A stretch of 64,000 nt of DNA from an uncultured Bdellovibrionales bacterium (GTDB lineage Bacteria > Patescibacteriota > Minisyncoccia > Moranbacterales > GWC2-37-73), in the NCBI GenBank assembly GCA_964484505.1, contig CAZAFB010000003.1, positions 37,044 through 101,043 on the forward strand. Direction: 5' to 3'. The first letter of the stretch is position 1. Each line of letters opens with the position of its first letter. Shown in pieces: positions 1-12,172 of the stretch. The position numbers and the translations under genes are program-made. A model generated the notes under the pieces. It ran no database searches, was not told the origin of the DNA, and saw only the letters and a list, made by a program, of their open reading frames with translations.

Positions 1-843
1 TCTACCGAAGCTCAACAACAAAATGTAGAAACTACTCAAGAGATTTCGCACGAGCCGACTATCTTTGCGGAGCCGATTTTTCACGTGGGAAGCTTCACTA
101 TTACCAATTCTTTGATTATGAGCTGGGTTACTGTCGCTATTTTGGCGACTTTTTTTGTGCTTGTTGGAAAGAATCTCAAGAAGGTTCCGGGAAAGTTGCA
201 AACCGTTTTTGAAATCATTTTGGAACAAGCGCTGAATATGGCTGACACGGTCACGGGAGAAAGAAAAAAAACCTTGCGTTTTCTGCCGATTGCCCTGACC
301 CTTTTCTTGTTCATCTTGGTCAATAATTGGCTGGGACTTTTGCCGGGAGTCGGCACTATCGGTTTCAACGAAGTTGAGGAAGGACATCATGTTTTCGTGC
401 CGCTTCTGCGCGGCGGAACGGCCGATCTTAACACGACTTTGGCGTTTGCACTTTTCACGGTTATTGCGTCGCATATTTTCGGAGTGATTACAATCGGAGT
501 TTGGCATCATCTGAACAAATTCATCAATATTAAAGCGATTGCGGAGATACCAAAGAAAGTTAAAAAGGATCCGACGATTGTGATGGTGAATCCTATCAAA
601 GTGTTTGTTGGCTTGATTGAGGTGGTGAGCGAGATTGCAAAAGTCGCATCGTTGAGCCTTCGACTTTTTGGAAATATTTTTGCCGGGGAAGTTTTGCTTG
701 CCTCGATGATGGCTATTTTTGCATACCTGCTGCCACTGCCGTTCATGTTTTTGGAAATCATCGTGGGAATCGTGCAGGCATTGGTATTTGCGATTTTGAC
801 ACTGGCGTTTTTGAGCATAGCAACGACGGCGGAAGAACATTAA
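1..843 (+). CDS. atpB: ATP synthase F0 subunit a, 5' end probably outside the window. The reading frame is open from position 1.
   Basis: Translation carries the subunit-a hallmark LSLRLFGNIFAGE and multiple TM helices. It is the first gene of the atp operon. Confidence 0.9.
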   Translation, partial: STEAQQQNVETTQEISHEPTIFAEPIFHVGSFTITNSLIMSWVTVAILATFFVLVGKNLKKVPGKLQTVFEIILEQALNMADTVTGERKKTLRFLPIALTLFLFILVNNWLGLLPGVGTIGFNEVEEGHHVFVPLLRGGTADLNTTLAFALFTVIASHIFGVITIGVWHHLNKFINIKAIAEIPKKVKKDPTIVMVNPIKVFVGLIEVVSEIAKVASLSLRLFGNIFAGEVLLASMMAIFAYLLPLPFMFLEIIVGIVQALVFAILTLAFLSIATTAEEH

Positions 844-940
844 AAGAACCACTGATTAGCACATGAACACACATGATTTCACTGATATAAATACAAATCA
901 TGTGTAATCAGGATAATCAAGTGTTAATCAGTGGTTCTGA
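844..940. repeat. Palindromic element family A, gene-less copy 1. Termini are AGAACCACTGATTAGCACATG and its reverse complement.
   Basis: Left end AGAACCACTGATTAGCACATG and right end TTAATCAGTGGTTCT are an imperfect inverted repeat. The same termini occur at 2421 and 15122/15609. Confidence 0.6.
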
Positions 941-997
941 TAATTAATTTAACGCATACACTATTTCTGCTCCCAAAACGAGAGAAAGCAGGGATAA

Positions 998-1237
<240 letters not shown>

Positions 1238-1378
1238 GTGTTTTCTTACGACTTCTTGTTTATTGCAGGAAGTCGGAATGAGGGCAATTATAAAAATATT
1301 TTGAGAAAAAGAACAATGAACAAAGAACAGTGAACAGAGATATTGTTCATTGATCACTGTTCATTGATCACTGATTTT

Positions 1379-1867
1379 ATGGAAGAATTAATAAAAACAT
1401 TTCACATCGATTGGAAACTGATCATTGCGCAATTGGTTAATTTCGCCATTGTGCTTTTCGTGCTGTATAAATTCGCCTATGGTCCGATGATGAAATTGAT
1501 GGACGAGCGTACGAAAAAGATCGACAAGGGACTCAAAGATGCTGAAAACTCACACAAAAAACTTCAGGAAATCGCCGAAAAGGAAAAGGCCGTATTGGTT
1601 GAAGCGAGAAAGCAAGCGCAGGAAATAGTTGCCAAGGCCGAGGCTGCCGCATCAAAGACCAAAGATGAAATTATTGCCGAATCAAAACAGCAGGCGCAAA
1701 AGATTTTGGACGACACTGCCAAAAAGATCGAAATGGAAAAGAACCAAATGCTCGCAGAAGTGAAAACGCAAGTCGCGGAATTGGTGGTTGCAGCGACAGG
1801 GAAGGTTATTGATGAGAAGGTGGACGGGGAGAAGGATAGAAAAATAATTGAAGGAGTGTTGGGATAG
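1379..1867 (+). CDS. atpF: ATP synthase F0 subunit b
   Basis: N-terminal TM helix followed by a long charged coiled-coil (AEAAASKTKDEIIAESKQQAQKIL). The ATG at 1379 is preferred over the upstream in-frame start, which lies in a repeat. Confidence 0.8.
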   Translation: MEELIKTFHIDWKLIIAQLVNFAIVLFVLYKFAYGPMMKLMDERTKKIDKGLKDAENSHKKLQEIAEKEKAVLVEARKQAQEIVAKAEAAASKTKDEIIAESKQQAQKILDDTAKKIEMEKNQMLAEVKTQVAELVVAATGKVIDEKVDGEKDRKIIEGVLG

Positions 1868-1892
1868 ACTAGTATAATCGATTATTTTATAA

Positions 1893-2010
1893 TTTCAAAT
1901 TCACCAAATTACCTAATTCACCTAATAAAATTTCAAATGACCAAATATTTAGCATTTATGAATTTGGCATTTTATTAGGTGAATTAGATGAATTAGAAAT
2001 TAGGAATTTG
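1893..2010. repeat. Palindromic element family B, copy 1 (AATTCACCTAAT words followed by ATTAGGTGAATT)
   Basis: Arms of about 45 bp form a long hairpin between atpF and atpH. A near-identical element sits at 7061-7220. Confidence 0.65.
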
Positions 2011-2015
2011 TTACA

Positions 2016-2417
2016 ATGAAAATCACCACCAAACAATACGCGCAAACATTACTTGACCTGACGGAAAATAAATCCGAGCAGGAGGTTTCTGCTATTGTTC
2101 AAAAATTTGCCGCAGTGTTGAAAAATGACGGGCAGCTCAAAAATGCGGGGAAGATTATGGAAAAGTTTTCGCAGTTGTATAATGCAAAGCACGAGATCGT
2201 TGAAGCGGAAGTGATAACAAGATTTGAAATGGGAGATGTCGAATTGAAAAAGATTGAGGATTTTATTGAGGAAAAATATAAGGCTGAAAAAGTTGAAATA
2301 AGAAATGTTGTTGATGAGAAGATTAAGGGAGGGATTGTGATAAAAGTTGGGGATGAAGTGATTGATGGGTCGGTAAGCGCACAGTTAAAAAAATTGAAGA
2401 GGGAGTTGGTAAAATAA
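2016..2417 (+). CDS. atpH: ATP synthase delta (OSCP) subunit, short form
   Basis: Its position between atpF and atpA and an OSCP-like helical N-terminus. 133 aa. Confidence 0.7.
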   Translation: MKITTKQYAQTLLDLTENKSEQEVSAIVQKFAAVLKNDGQLKNAGKIMEKFSQLYNAKHEIVEAEVITRFEMGDVELKKIEDFIEEKYKAEKVEIRNVVDEKIKGGIVIKVGDEVIDGSVSAQLKKLKRELVK

Positions 2418-2420
2418 ATC

Positions 2421-2513
2421 AGAACCACTGATTAGCACATGATTTTTCTGATTACACATGATTGATTTTTATCAGTGAAATCATGTGTGTTCATGTGATA
2501 ATCAGTGGTTTGG
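2421..2513. repeat. Palindromic element family A, gene-less copy 2
   Basis: AGAACCACTGATTAGCACATGA at the left and TAATCAGTGGTTTGG at the right. Internal words are shared with copy 1 (CATGTGTAATCAG, TCACTGATA). Confidence 0.6.
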
Positions 2514-3007
2514 AATGACAGAAAGAGAAGTTCTTTTGAAAAAAATAAACGTCCGCATTCCAGCTTTCCGGAATGGGACGTTTACATAACAGGACGATCT
2601 TGCTATCGCTAGTCTGTCAAAAACCTATACTTTGCGAGAAGACGGAAAGCTGATGCAATGATCAATGTGAGGACAACGGTAGTCACGCATGTTTGAATGT
2701 GGGATCCGGTTGAAAGGTAGATTGATGGTGAAACTGTGGTGCTTATCGCTACTCCTCGTAGCAGGTTCATGGTTTCCTCCCTATGGTGCGTGTATAGTAG
2801 TTGAACATTGTCAACCGTCAACTATACACCCAAATTAACAATTTGTCAACCATCGAATTCTGATTATTGCATTATTGCCTTAAATAAGCCATAATTTAGT
2901 AATGAGGATTTAATTAAAAAACAGAAAGATACAGAATGAAGCAGAAAGACACAGAAATCATAAATTCCGTGTAGCTGTGTTATTCCGTAGTAAATCTGTG
3001 TAATTCC

Positions 3008-4522
3008 GTGAAATATATGAACAAAGACTACATCATTGATCAATTAAAAAAACAGATCGAAGGCTTCAAGACTGAGGCGACAACTGAGCAGGTTGGGAAA
3101 GTTATTGAGGTGGGAGACGGAGTGGCACGCATCTCGGGTCTTAGCAATCTTATGGCCTCAGAGATGGTAGAGTTCCCGAATGGGGAAATCGGCGTGGCGC
3201 TTAATCTTGAAGAAGATCGCGTCGGTGCGATGGTGCTTGGTGATTATCTCGGTATCAAAGAGGGCGATGAAGTGAAAGCGACCGGTAAAATACTTTCCAT
3301 CCCGGTCGGTGAAGGAATGATTGGACGTGTGATTGATCCGCTTGGAGCACCAGTAGATGGCAAGGGTGATATAAAATCAGATGCATATTATCCAGTAGAG
3401 AAGATTGCTCCCGGCGTAATTACTCGTAAGTCGGTGCATCAACCGGTGCAAACCGGTATCAAAGCGATCGATGCCTTGATTCCAATCGGACGTGGACAGC
3501 GTGAATTGATCATCGGCGATCGTCAGACTGGAAAGACTGCTGTGGCGATTGATACCATCATCAACCAGAAAGGGCAGAACATGAAATGTATCTATGTTGC
3601 GATCGGGCAGAAGGAATCGAAAATTGCCAGAATTTTGGGCGAACTTGAAAAGAACGGTGCGATGGAATATACGACAATTGTTGTGGCTGGCGCTTCGGAC
3701 AGTGCGGCTCTTTCCTACATTGCTCCTTATTCAGGTTGTGCACTCGGTGAATATTTTATGGACAAAGGTGAGGACGTGCTTATTGTGTTTGATGATCTTT
3801 CCCGCCATGCATGGGCATATCGTCAAATTTCTTTGATCTTGAAACGCCCACCAGGACGCGAGGCATATCCGGGAGATGTTTTCTATTTGCACTCACGCCT
3901 TTTGGAGCGCTCTGCTAAGCTTAATGAAAATTTCGGCGGCGGTTCGATGACAGCGCTGCCGATCATTGAAACGCAGGCAGGTGACGTATCCGCATATATT
4001 CCGACCAATGTTATTTCCATTACTGACGGACAAATTTTCTTGGAAACGGATTTGTTCTACAAAGGAGTACGTCCGGCATTAAATGTGGGTATTTCCGTTT
4101 CACGTGTGGGAGGAGATGCACAGATCAAAGCGATGAAGAAAGTTGCCGGAAAACTCAAATTGGAACTTGCACAGTTCCGCGAACTCGAAGCGTTTGCGCA
4201 ATTCGGATCCGATCTTGATGAAAAAACTCGCATCCAGATTGAACGCGGACGCCGCACAGTGGAAGTTTTGAAGCAAGGACAATATGAACCGATGGCAGTT
4301 GAACACCAAGTGGCTATTCTCTATGCTCTCATAAACGGCTTCATGGATGATGTGGCAATAGATAAAATTAAGGAATGGGAAAATGACTTCCATAAATATC
4401 TCGACACGCAAGCGAAAGAAGTCTTGTCGCTAATTACCGAAAAGAAAGAATTGAGCGAGGAAGTTGTGGCGGCACTGGAGAAAGCGATTAAGGAGTTTAA
4501 AGAGATATATCAAACGAATTAA
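3008..4522 (+). CDS. atpA: ATP synthase F1 alpha subunit
   Basis: Walker A motif GDRQTGKT in a 504 aa alpha-subunit homolog. Confidence 0.95.
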   Translation: MKYMNKDYIIDQLKKQIEGFKTEATTEQVGKVIEVGDGVARISGLSNLMASEMVEFPNGEIGVALNLEEDRVGAMVLGDYLGIKEGDEVKATGKILSIPVGEGMIGRVIDPLGAPVDGKGDIKSDAYYPVEKIAPGVITRKSVHQPVQTGIKAIDALIPIGRGQRELIIGDRQTGKTAVAIDTIINQKGQNMKCIYVAIGQKESKIARILGELEKNGAMEYTTIVVAGASDSAALSYIAPYSGCALGEYFMDKGEDVLIVFDDLSRHAWAYRQISLILKRPPGREAYPGDVFYLHSRLLERSAKLNENFGGGSMTALPIIETQAGDVSAYIPTNVISITDGQIFLETDLFYKGVRPALNVGISVSRVGGDAQIKAMKKVAGKLKLELAQFRELEAFAQFGSDLDEKTRIQIERGRRTVEVLKQGQYEPMAVEHQVAILYALINGFMDDVAIDKIKEWENDFHKYLDTQAKEVLSLITEKKELSEEVVAALEKAIKEFKEIYQTN

Positions 4523-4609
4523 CACGAATTGATGACGAATGAAAACGAATCACGAATTCGTGTTTCGTGGAAATTCGTTCATACATTCGTGAAAATTTGT
4601 CAAAAATAA

Positions 4610-7003
<2,394 letters not shown>

Positions 7004-7060
7004 GTTGGATAAAATAATTAAGCGTATTTATTAAAAACGCTAAATTTATAATCAGTGTAT

Positions 7061-7220
7061 TTTGAATTCAAAATTCACCTAATTGCCTAATTCACCTAAT
7101 AAAATTTCAAATAATCAAATAAGACATATTTTAGATATTTGTGAATTTGGCATTTTATTAGATGAATTAGGTGAATTAGAAATTTGGTGAATTTGTAAAA
7201 ATGAATTTGGAATTATAAAC
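7061..7220. repeat. Palindromic element family B, copy 2
   Basis: AAATTCACCTAATTGCCTAATTCACCTAATAAAATTTCAAAT is followed by ATTTGGCATTTTATTAGATGAATTAGGTGAATT. It lies between atpD and atpC. Confidence 0.65.
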
Positions 7221-7225
7221 TTTAT

Positions 7226-7666
7226 ATGTCCGGACAAAAAATCAAATTCAAAATTGTTACTCCCGAAAAAACCGTCTTTGAGTCCGAAATTGACCAAGCC
7301 ACTTTACCCGTGACCGACGGGGAGGTGACTATTTTGCCGAATCATCGAAGCTATATTGCTTCGCTTAAGGCTGGTGAAATCATGCTTAAAACTGGTGGCA
7401 AAGAGACCTTGATGGCGACATCGGGTGGTTTTGTGGAATTTTCCAGCAATACATTGGTAGTGCTTGCGGATACGGCCGAGGCTGCAGGAGAAATAGATAT
7501 CAAAAGAGCGGAGGAAGCTATCAAACGTGCCGAAGAGCTTAAGAAAGAAAGAGTTACGATGGATGACATGGAATATGCACGCGTGGCGGCAGCGATCGAA
7601 AAAGAAACAGCGCGTATCAAAGTGGCGAGAAAACATAGGACGAAGCATAATATACAAATCGATTAA
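7226..7666 (+). CDS. atpC: ATP synthase F1 epsilon subunit
   Basis: Beta-sandwich N-terminus (KIVTPEKTVFESEIDQATLPVTDGEVTIL) plus a C-terminal helical hairpin. Confidence 0.9.
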   Translation: MSGQKIKFKIVTPEKTVFESEIDQATLPVTDGEVTILPNHRSYIASLKAGEIMLKTGGKETLMATSGGFVEFSSNTLVVLADTAEAAGEIDIKRAEEAIKRAEELKKERVTMDDMEYARVAAAIEKETARIKVARKHRTKHNIQID

Positions 7667-7818
7667 CCCTACAAATCTACAAATCAATTACCCGCATACC
7701 GGCGAGGCAGGCAAATATACAAATGTGCAAATACAGAAACTAGCGTTTTTGATAACGTTTATGATGTGTTTGTAAATTTGTATATTTGTATAAATTTGTA
7801 ATTTGTAGAACTAAAAAT

Positions 7819-8265
7819 ATGAAAATTCCCTTCAAATTTAAAAACATCCACAGTTGTGAAGCGGTAGTGCTCACTTGCATCGACTTCCGCTTTTGGCGGG
7901 AAACGCTGGAATTCATTGAACAAGAATTGAAACTTACGACATTTGATTTCCCTTCTCTTCCAGGTAGTGCAAAAGCTATTAATGAGTGTGTGAAGAATGG
8001 CGATTTGGCTATGTCTTGCATAAGCGTTCCTTGTGACCTGCACCACGCTAAAAAAATTGTGATTGTGAATCATGAGGATTGTGGTGCCTATGGTGGCTCG
8101 AAAAAATTTGAAGGCGACAAGATTGCGGAGCAGGCTTTTCATGAAATGGAATTGCGCAAAGCCAAGGACGCGATTTTGAGCAAATATCCGGAAAAAGAGG
8201 TAGTTTTAGTTTATGTAAAATTGGTTGATGATGGTGAAACTATAGAATTTGTGGGGGTTGACTAG
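7819..8265 (+). CDS. Small beta-class carbonic anhydrase-like protein
   Basis: Motifs C-I-D-F-R and H-E-D-C-G-A-Y-G-G match the beta-CA zinc ligand pattern (CxDxR ... HxxC). It is short, about 149 aa. Confidence 0.5.
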   Translation: MKIPFKFKNIHSCEAVVLTCIDFRFWRETLEFIEQELKLTTFDFPSLPGSAKAINECVKNGDLAMSCISVPCDLHHAKKIVIVNHEDCGAYGGSKKFEGDKIAEQAFHEMELRKAKDAILSKYPEKEVVLVYVKLVDDGETIEFVGVD

Positions 8266-8364
8266 ACATCGATTTCGTGTATAATATTTAGGCTGTTTGC
8301 TTCTAGCATGCAGCCTTTATTGTTTCGAGAGTTCTTTTAACCCCAGCAAAAGGAGGATACAAAG

Positions 8365-8640
8365 TTGAACATTATTGAAGATGGAAAGAAGAGAGTGGTA
8401 ATTTTCTGTTTCAATGGAACCGAATACGGTCCTGTTGTCAGGAAAGAAATGGAAGTATTGGGTTTCTCTGTTATGATGTACTATGAAAATGCCGCACCGG
8501 AAGTTATCATGGCTGCAATTGAACAATTGCATCCCGTGGATAATCTCGATGTGGGCTTCGTGGTCGTATATCACAAAAAAATGGGAAAAAAATCGCTCCT
8601 TTTAAGAAGGAGTGTGAGGGAAAAAAAGTTGTTTTTGTGA
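8365..8640 (+). CDS. Hypothetical small protein with a TTG start
   Basis: ORF preceded by AAAGGAGG. No recognisable domain. Confidence 0.3.
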   Translation: MNIIEDGKKRVVIFCFNGTEYGPVVRKEMEVLGFSVMMYYENAAPEVIMAAIEQLHPVDNLDVGFVVVYHKKMGKKSLLLRRSVREKKLFL

Positions 8641-8775
8641 GTACGAACGCCAGTAAATAGAATTTTGGCGTTCAAATTGGGGCGTGGTTTGAAAACAGAC
8701 CGCGCTCTTTTATTTTTTTCAAAAAGTGTTGTATAATTAAAATAACTTAAAACTTTCGAAATAAAAACTATAAAC

Positions 8776-8912
8776 AAAAATATGCCCGGTAGTGAAAATT
8801 CAAAAATAATCGCAGGAGCACGAAATTTTTGTATTATTGAATAAATTTTTAAATAAAAAATAAACAAATGAAATACTTTTGGGCAAAGCCCATTTGAATT
8901 TCTACTACCGGG
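8776..8912. repeat. Family C element with 20-bp terminal inverted repeats (CCCGGTAGTGAAAATTCAAA ... TTTGAATTTCTACTACCGGG) ending 1 nt before the ATG
   Basis: The two ends are near-perfect reverse complements. The last 41 nt are identical to the copy at 47857-47985. It contains a GGGCAAAGCCC mini-hairpin. Confidence 0.65.
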
Positions 8913-8913
8913 T

Positions 8914-10017
8914 ATGGAAACAACAAAAAAAATTCTTAAGATTGCTTTGATTATCATCATTGCGATTGTTTTGGCGTTCGCATTACTTCTGGCTTTGCGT
9001 GTTGCCAAAAACGAGAAGGGCGGTTCGCAAACGGGATATGATTCCGCTGGAACAATGCCGATGTCGATAGACGCGGGCAGAAGCATGATGGGCATTGAAA
9101 ACGGCGAAGGGATGGCTGATTTCAATATGCCAAACCCTGCATTGCAAGAAAGTGCTGCGATGCCTGCGCAGAAAGGAGAAGTTGTGGCGAGAGATGTGCA
9201 AGTCGCAGAGAAAAAAATCATCAAAGACGGATATATAAATGCCCAAGTGGATAATGCTGACAATGCAGCCAGGGATATTTCCGGAATTGCCAAACGTTTG
9301 GGCGGTGATGTCGAATCGATGAATTTCCGCAAGACCGCACAGAACGTAAAAAGCGGCACGATTGTCGTACGTGTTCCGTTTATCAATTTCGATACGGCTT
9401 TTGAAGAAATCAAGCAAGTTGCAACATTGGTCAGGAGCGAATCGGCTAATGCGCAAGATGTGACCAGTCAAGTTGCCGATTTGGAAGCTCGCCTCAAAAA
9501 CAAGCAGGCTGAAGAAGAATCTTTTCAGCAAATTTTGGATAATACGAACGGCAAGACCGAAGATGTTTTGATGGTAACGCAAGAACTATCTCGCGTACGC
9601 GGGGAAATTGAACAACTTGAAGCGCAGAAGAAATATCTTGCATCGCAAACGGATATGTCCACGATCACGGCAAATATTTCCGAAGATGTGACGGTTGGCA
9701 CCGCGACCTCCTGGAGGCCATGGCAGATTGCCAAGACTGAATTCGCCAGCATGCTTAAAGATTTGCAAAAATTGATTGGAGCATTGATTGTGATTGTTGT
9801 TCGTCTCACTCCGATACTCCTGGTGTTTATTCTGTTCTTCCTGATTGTTTTTTGGGTAGTGAAAGCTATTATTAAATCAATTTTTTGGAAAAAGAAGCAA
9901 AAGGAGATGCAACAAAAAACAGAAGAACCGATAACTCCTGCTGGCCCTGAGTCGATAAAGAAAGCTCCACGCACAAGAACGATAGCTGCAAGACGTATTA
10001 TTTCACGAAAAAAGTAA
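8914..10017 (+). CDS. DUF4349-like membrane protein (N-terminal TM, central domain, C-terminal TM)
   Basis: This architecture and central region are typical of DUF4349 proteins. Confidence 0.6.
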   Translation: METTKKILKIALIIIIAIVLAFALLLALRVAKNEKGGSQTGYDSAGTMPMSIDAGRSMMGIENGEGMADFNMPNPALQESAAMPAQKGEVVARDVQVAEKKIIKDGYINAQVDNADNAARDISGIAKRLGGDVESMNFRKTAQNVKSGTIVVRVPFINFDTAFEEIKQVATLVRSESANAQDVTSQVADLEARLKNKQAEEESFQQILDNTNGKTEDVLMVTQELSRVRGEIEQLEAQKKYLASQTDMSTITANISEDVTVGTATSWRPWQIAKTEFASMLKDLQKLIGALIVIVVRLTPILLVFILFFLIVFWVVKAIIKSIFWKKKQKEMQQKTEEPITPAGPESIKKAPRTRTIAARRIISRKK

Positions 10018-10065
10018 CTCGCCAATGCAGAGCTAATCAAGAGCGAATAGGTGTTAATTTATATA

Positions 10066-10100
10066 AGAGCGGGTGATGAGCCCGCTTTTTTACTCGCTCT
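10066..10100 (+). terminator. Rho-independent terminator
   Basis: AGAGCGGGTGATGAGCCCGCTTTTTTACTCGCTCT: a GC stem followed by a T-run. Confidence 0.7.
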
Positions 10101-10265
10101 TACAAAATGTATGTTTTCAAGACGGTCGTCATCTCAGCATAAGTTATAATTTATAAGCTGAGCGGGATATTAAGTATCCAAACTGGGCATTTATGTCTGA
10201 ACAGGAAGTGTGCTGAAATTGCAGTGTTGAATTTGACCTTATTATAGCCAAAAATCAAGCTACCA

Positions 10266-10294
10266 TTGACTTTTTGGCTTTTTTGTGCTAAAAT
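10266..10294 (+). promoter_or_regulatory. Sigma70-type promoter TTGACT-N17-TAAAAT
   Basis: Exact -35 TTGACT, a 17-nt spacer and -10 TAAAAT about 100 nt upstream of the 10397 ORF. Confidence 0.6.
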
Positions 10295-10396
10295 AGATGG
10301 TCATGGGATTGTCCCGTGGCGTGTATTATATCAAAGGTCATTTGGACTTAGCCAAAGGGCCTCGGGTCCTTTGAAAACTAAATATGGAGGTGGGTT

Positions 10397-11080
10397 ATGG
10401 CAATCGCCAAGTTTATGCTCGAAGCTTTGGGCGAGGGAGCTTTCCTGCAGGTTTTAAAGAAAGCATGGGGTTGGGCAAAGAAAATATGGCTTGCCTTTGG
10501 AATTGGAGCTAGTGCAAAGGATGAAATTTCCAAGCGACTGGTTGGTTCGAAAGGTTGGGAAGATGAAAATTTCTTTGCGCTTGATCTTGCGGAGGCTAAC
10601 CTTTCCGCGGATAAGAAAAAAATGATTTGCGATGCGGTAAGAATGGTTGAACAATATGATGATGTTTCTGGCACTCAATGGGCCAAAAACTTTCGCATAA
10701 TTGTGACCATTCGAGACAGAGAGCCAAGTCCTGCTGGAATAAGGTCTGGTACAATTATTCTTCAAGATCTTGGCTCGACTTGCAATAGTGTGCAAGAAGT
10801 TTTTTGTCATATTATTGCATTTGGTATTTCTCAAGACCCTTCTTCGACATTGGAGAAGTTTATAAATTTTTCCAAAACTTCCGTTTGGCCATTTATTAGT
10901 GAAAAGGCGGGCGGAGTTCGCGATGCTCTTGATTCTGGCGTAACAAGGCTGGAAAATTTGCGGCGTGACATCGAGGAAGATGAAAGAACTGAAATGATAA
11001 GGGTAAGCCGTATAGCTGATCCTAAGAAAAGGGTAGTTGCAAAAGCTTGGAATTGGCTATCAAAATACATTTTCAACTAA
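10397..11080 (+). CDS. Hypothetical protein, first gene of a G+C-richer cassette
   Basis: Strong SD (TGGAGGTG) before the ATG. No recognisable domain. Confidence 0.5.
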   Translation: MAIAKFMLEALGEGAFLQVLKKAWGWAKKIWLAFGIGASAKDEISKRLVGSKGWEDENFFALDLAEANLSADKKKMICDAVRMVEQYDDVSGTQWAKNFRIIVTIRDREPSPAGIRSGTIILQDLGSTCNSVQEVFCHIIAFGISQDPSSTLEKFINFSKTSVWPFISEKAGGVRDALDSGVTRLENLRRDIEEDERTEMIRVSRIADPKKRVVAKAWNWLSKYIFN

Positions 11081-11095
11081 TAAAAGGAGGCTGTC

Positions 11096-12172
11096 ATGAT
11101 AGGAAGATTTTTTGCAACGATGTTTTTTTTGGCCAACAGGGAAGTAGAAAGGATGCGCAGGTGTTTGGTTGCAGTGTTTTTCGCAACCATTCTCGGCACT
11201 ATCCCAATCCTGCTTTTTCACCCGAAAATCGGTGTTTGTTTGTGGATAACTCTCGTGCCGCTGATTTTCTCGGCGTACAAACTTTTTTCCATCCGCCGCT
11301 TTATCTTTGCCGATATCGCTGGCGAGGTTTTGGAAGCGCTTCATATGCGGGTTGATGATCCGGCGAATCCAAATCCATCGACTAGTATAGTTGACAATAA
11401 GTTCATCCGAATTTATTTGTCGATAATCTCTGGCATTTTTGCCGCTCAAGTGGGATTATTCCTGCTTCTCCCGCTCTATGTTAATTATACAGTGGGAGGG
11501 TTCACTGCACTGATTCTTATTGCCATGATTTCGGCACTGATGATTATTGCAAGCCACGGATTTTTTGCCAGGACATACATGGCACTCGCGGGAATCGCTT
11601 GTGTTGTATATGTGATTGGGCTGGTGCTGTATCTGTTTCCGCAGATATCGTACTACTTGCCACTCAGTAGAATTAATGTTATATCCGTTTCGTCTGCCAA
11701 AATCATTCGAGAAACGGATGAGTTGCGCAAGCAACAAATTGAGACCCTTAACAACGGCAGGTTAAGGGCCATAATGGAATGGCAACGTGAAAATCCTACA
11801 AAGGACTTGCCTGAAGAATATAAGCAAGTCCAAGAAGCTGCGGGAAAAGGGGTGACCGTCGAGCAGTATTGGCAGCAAAAAGCTGTGGCGGCAGAAACTG
11901 CTAAGAAAGCAGCGGAAAAGGCTGATGCTGATCGAAAATTGGCTGAGGCTAAGGCCAAGGCTGATCGGGAGGATATTGAGAGGGAGGCGGCGAAGATCGA
12001 GCAGGAAAGAAACGCCGCCAAAAACCCAATCCAGGAGACGCCGGAAGAACTTCGGCGTCGCCTGAAGGCCATCCAAAGGGCGAAGGAATTGAGGCCCGGC
12101 CCTGATGGTTTATACCATATCGGGGGCGGGGTTCCGCAACCGAAACCTCCTGTAGCAGTGTATGTAGATTAA
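11096..12172 (+). CDS. Hypothetical multi-pass membrane protein with a C-terminal Ala/Lys/Glu-rich coiled-coil and a Pro-rich tail
   Basis: 4-5 hydrophobic helices, then AKKAAEKADADRKLAEAKAKADRED, ending PQPKPPVAVYVD. SD AAGGAGG. Confidence 0.5.
   Translation: MIGRFFATMFFLANREVERMRRCLVAVFFATILGTIPILLFHPKIGVCLWITLVPLIFSAYKLFSIRRFIFADIAGEVLEALHMRVDDPANPNPSTSIVDNKFIRIYLSIISGIFAAQVGLFLLLPLYVNYTVGGFTALILIAMISALMIIASHGFFARTYMALAGIACVVYVIGLVLYLFPQISYYLPLSRINVISVSSAKIIRETDELRKQQIETLNNGRLRAIMEWQRENPTKDLPEEYKQVQEAAGKGVTVEQYWQQKAVAAETAKKAAEKADADRKLAEAKAKADREDIEREAAKIEQERNAAKNPIQETPEELRRRLKAIQRAKELRPGPDGLYHIGGGVPQPKPPVAVYVD

Noticed and set aside
8571-9413. 280 aa minus-strand ORF overlapping the DUF4349 gene
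   Set aside because: It overlaps the family C element and a plus-strand ORF with coherent TM/domain architecture. It is low-complexity.
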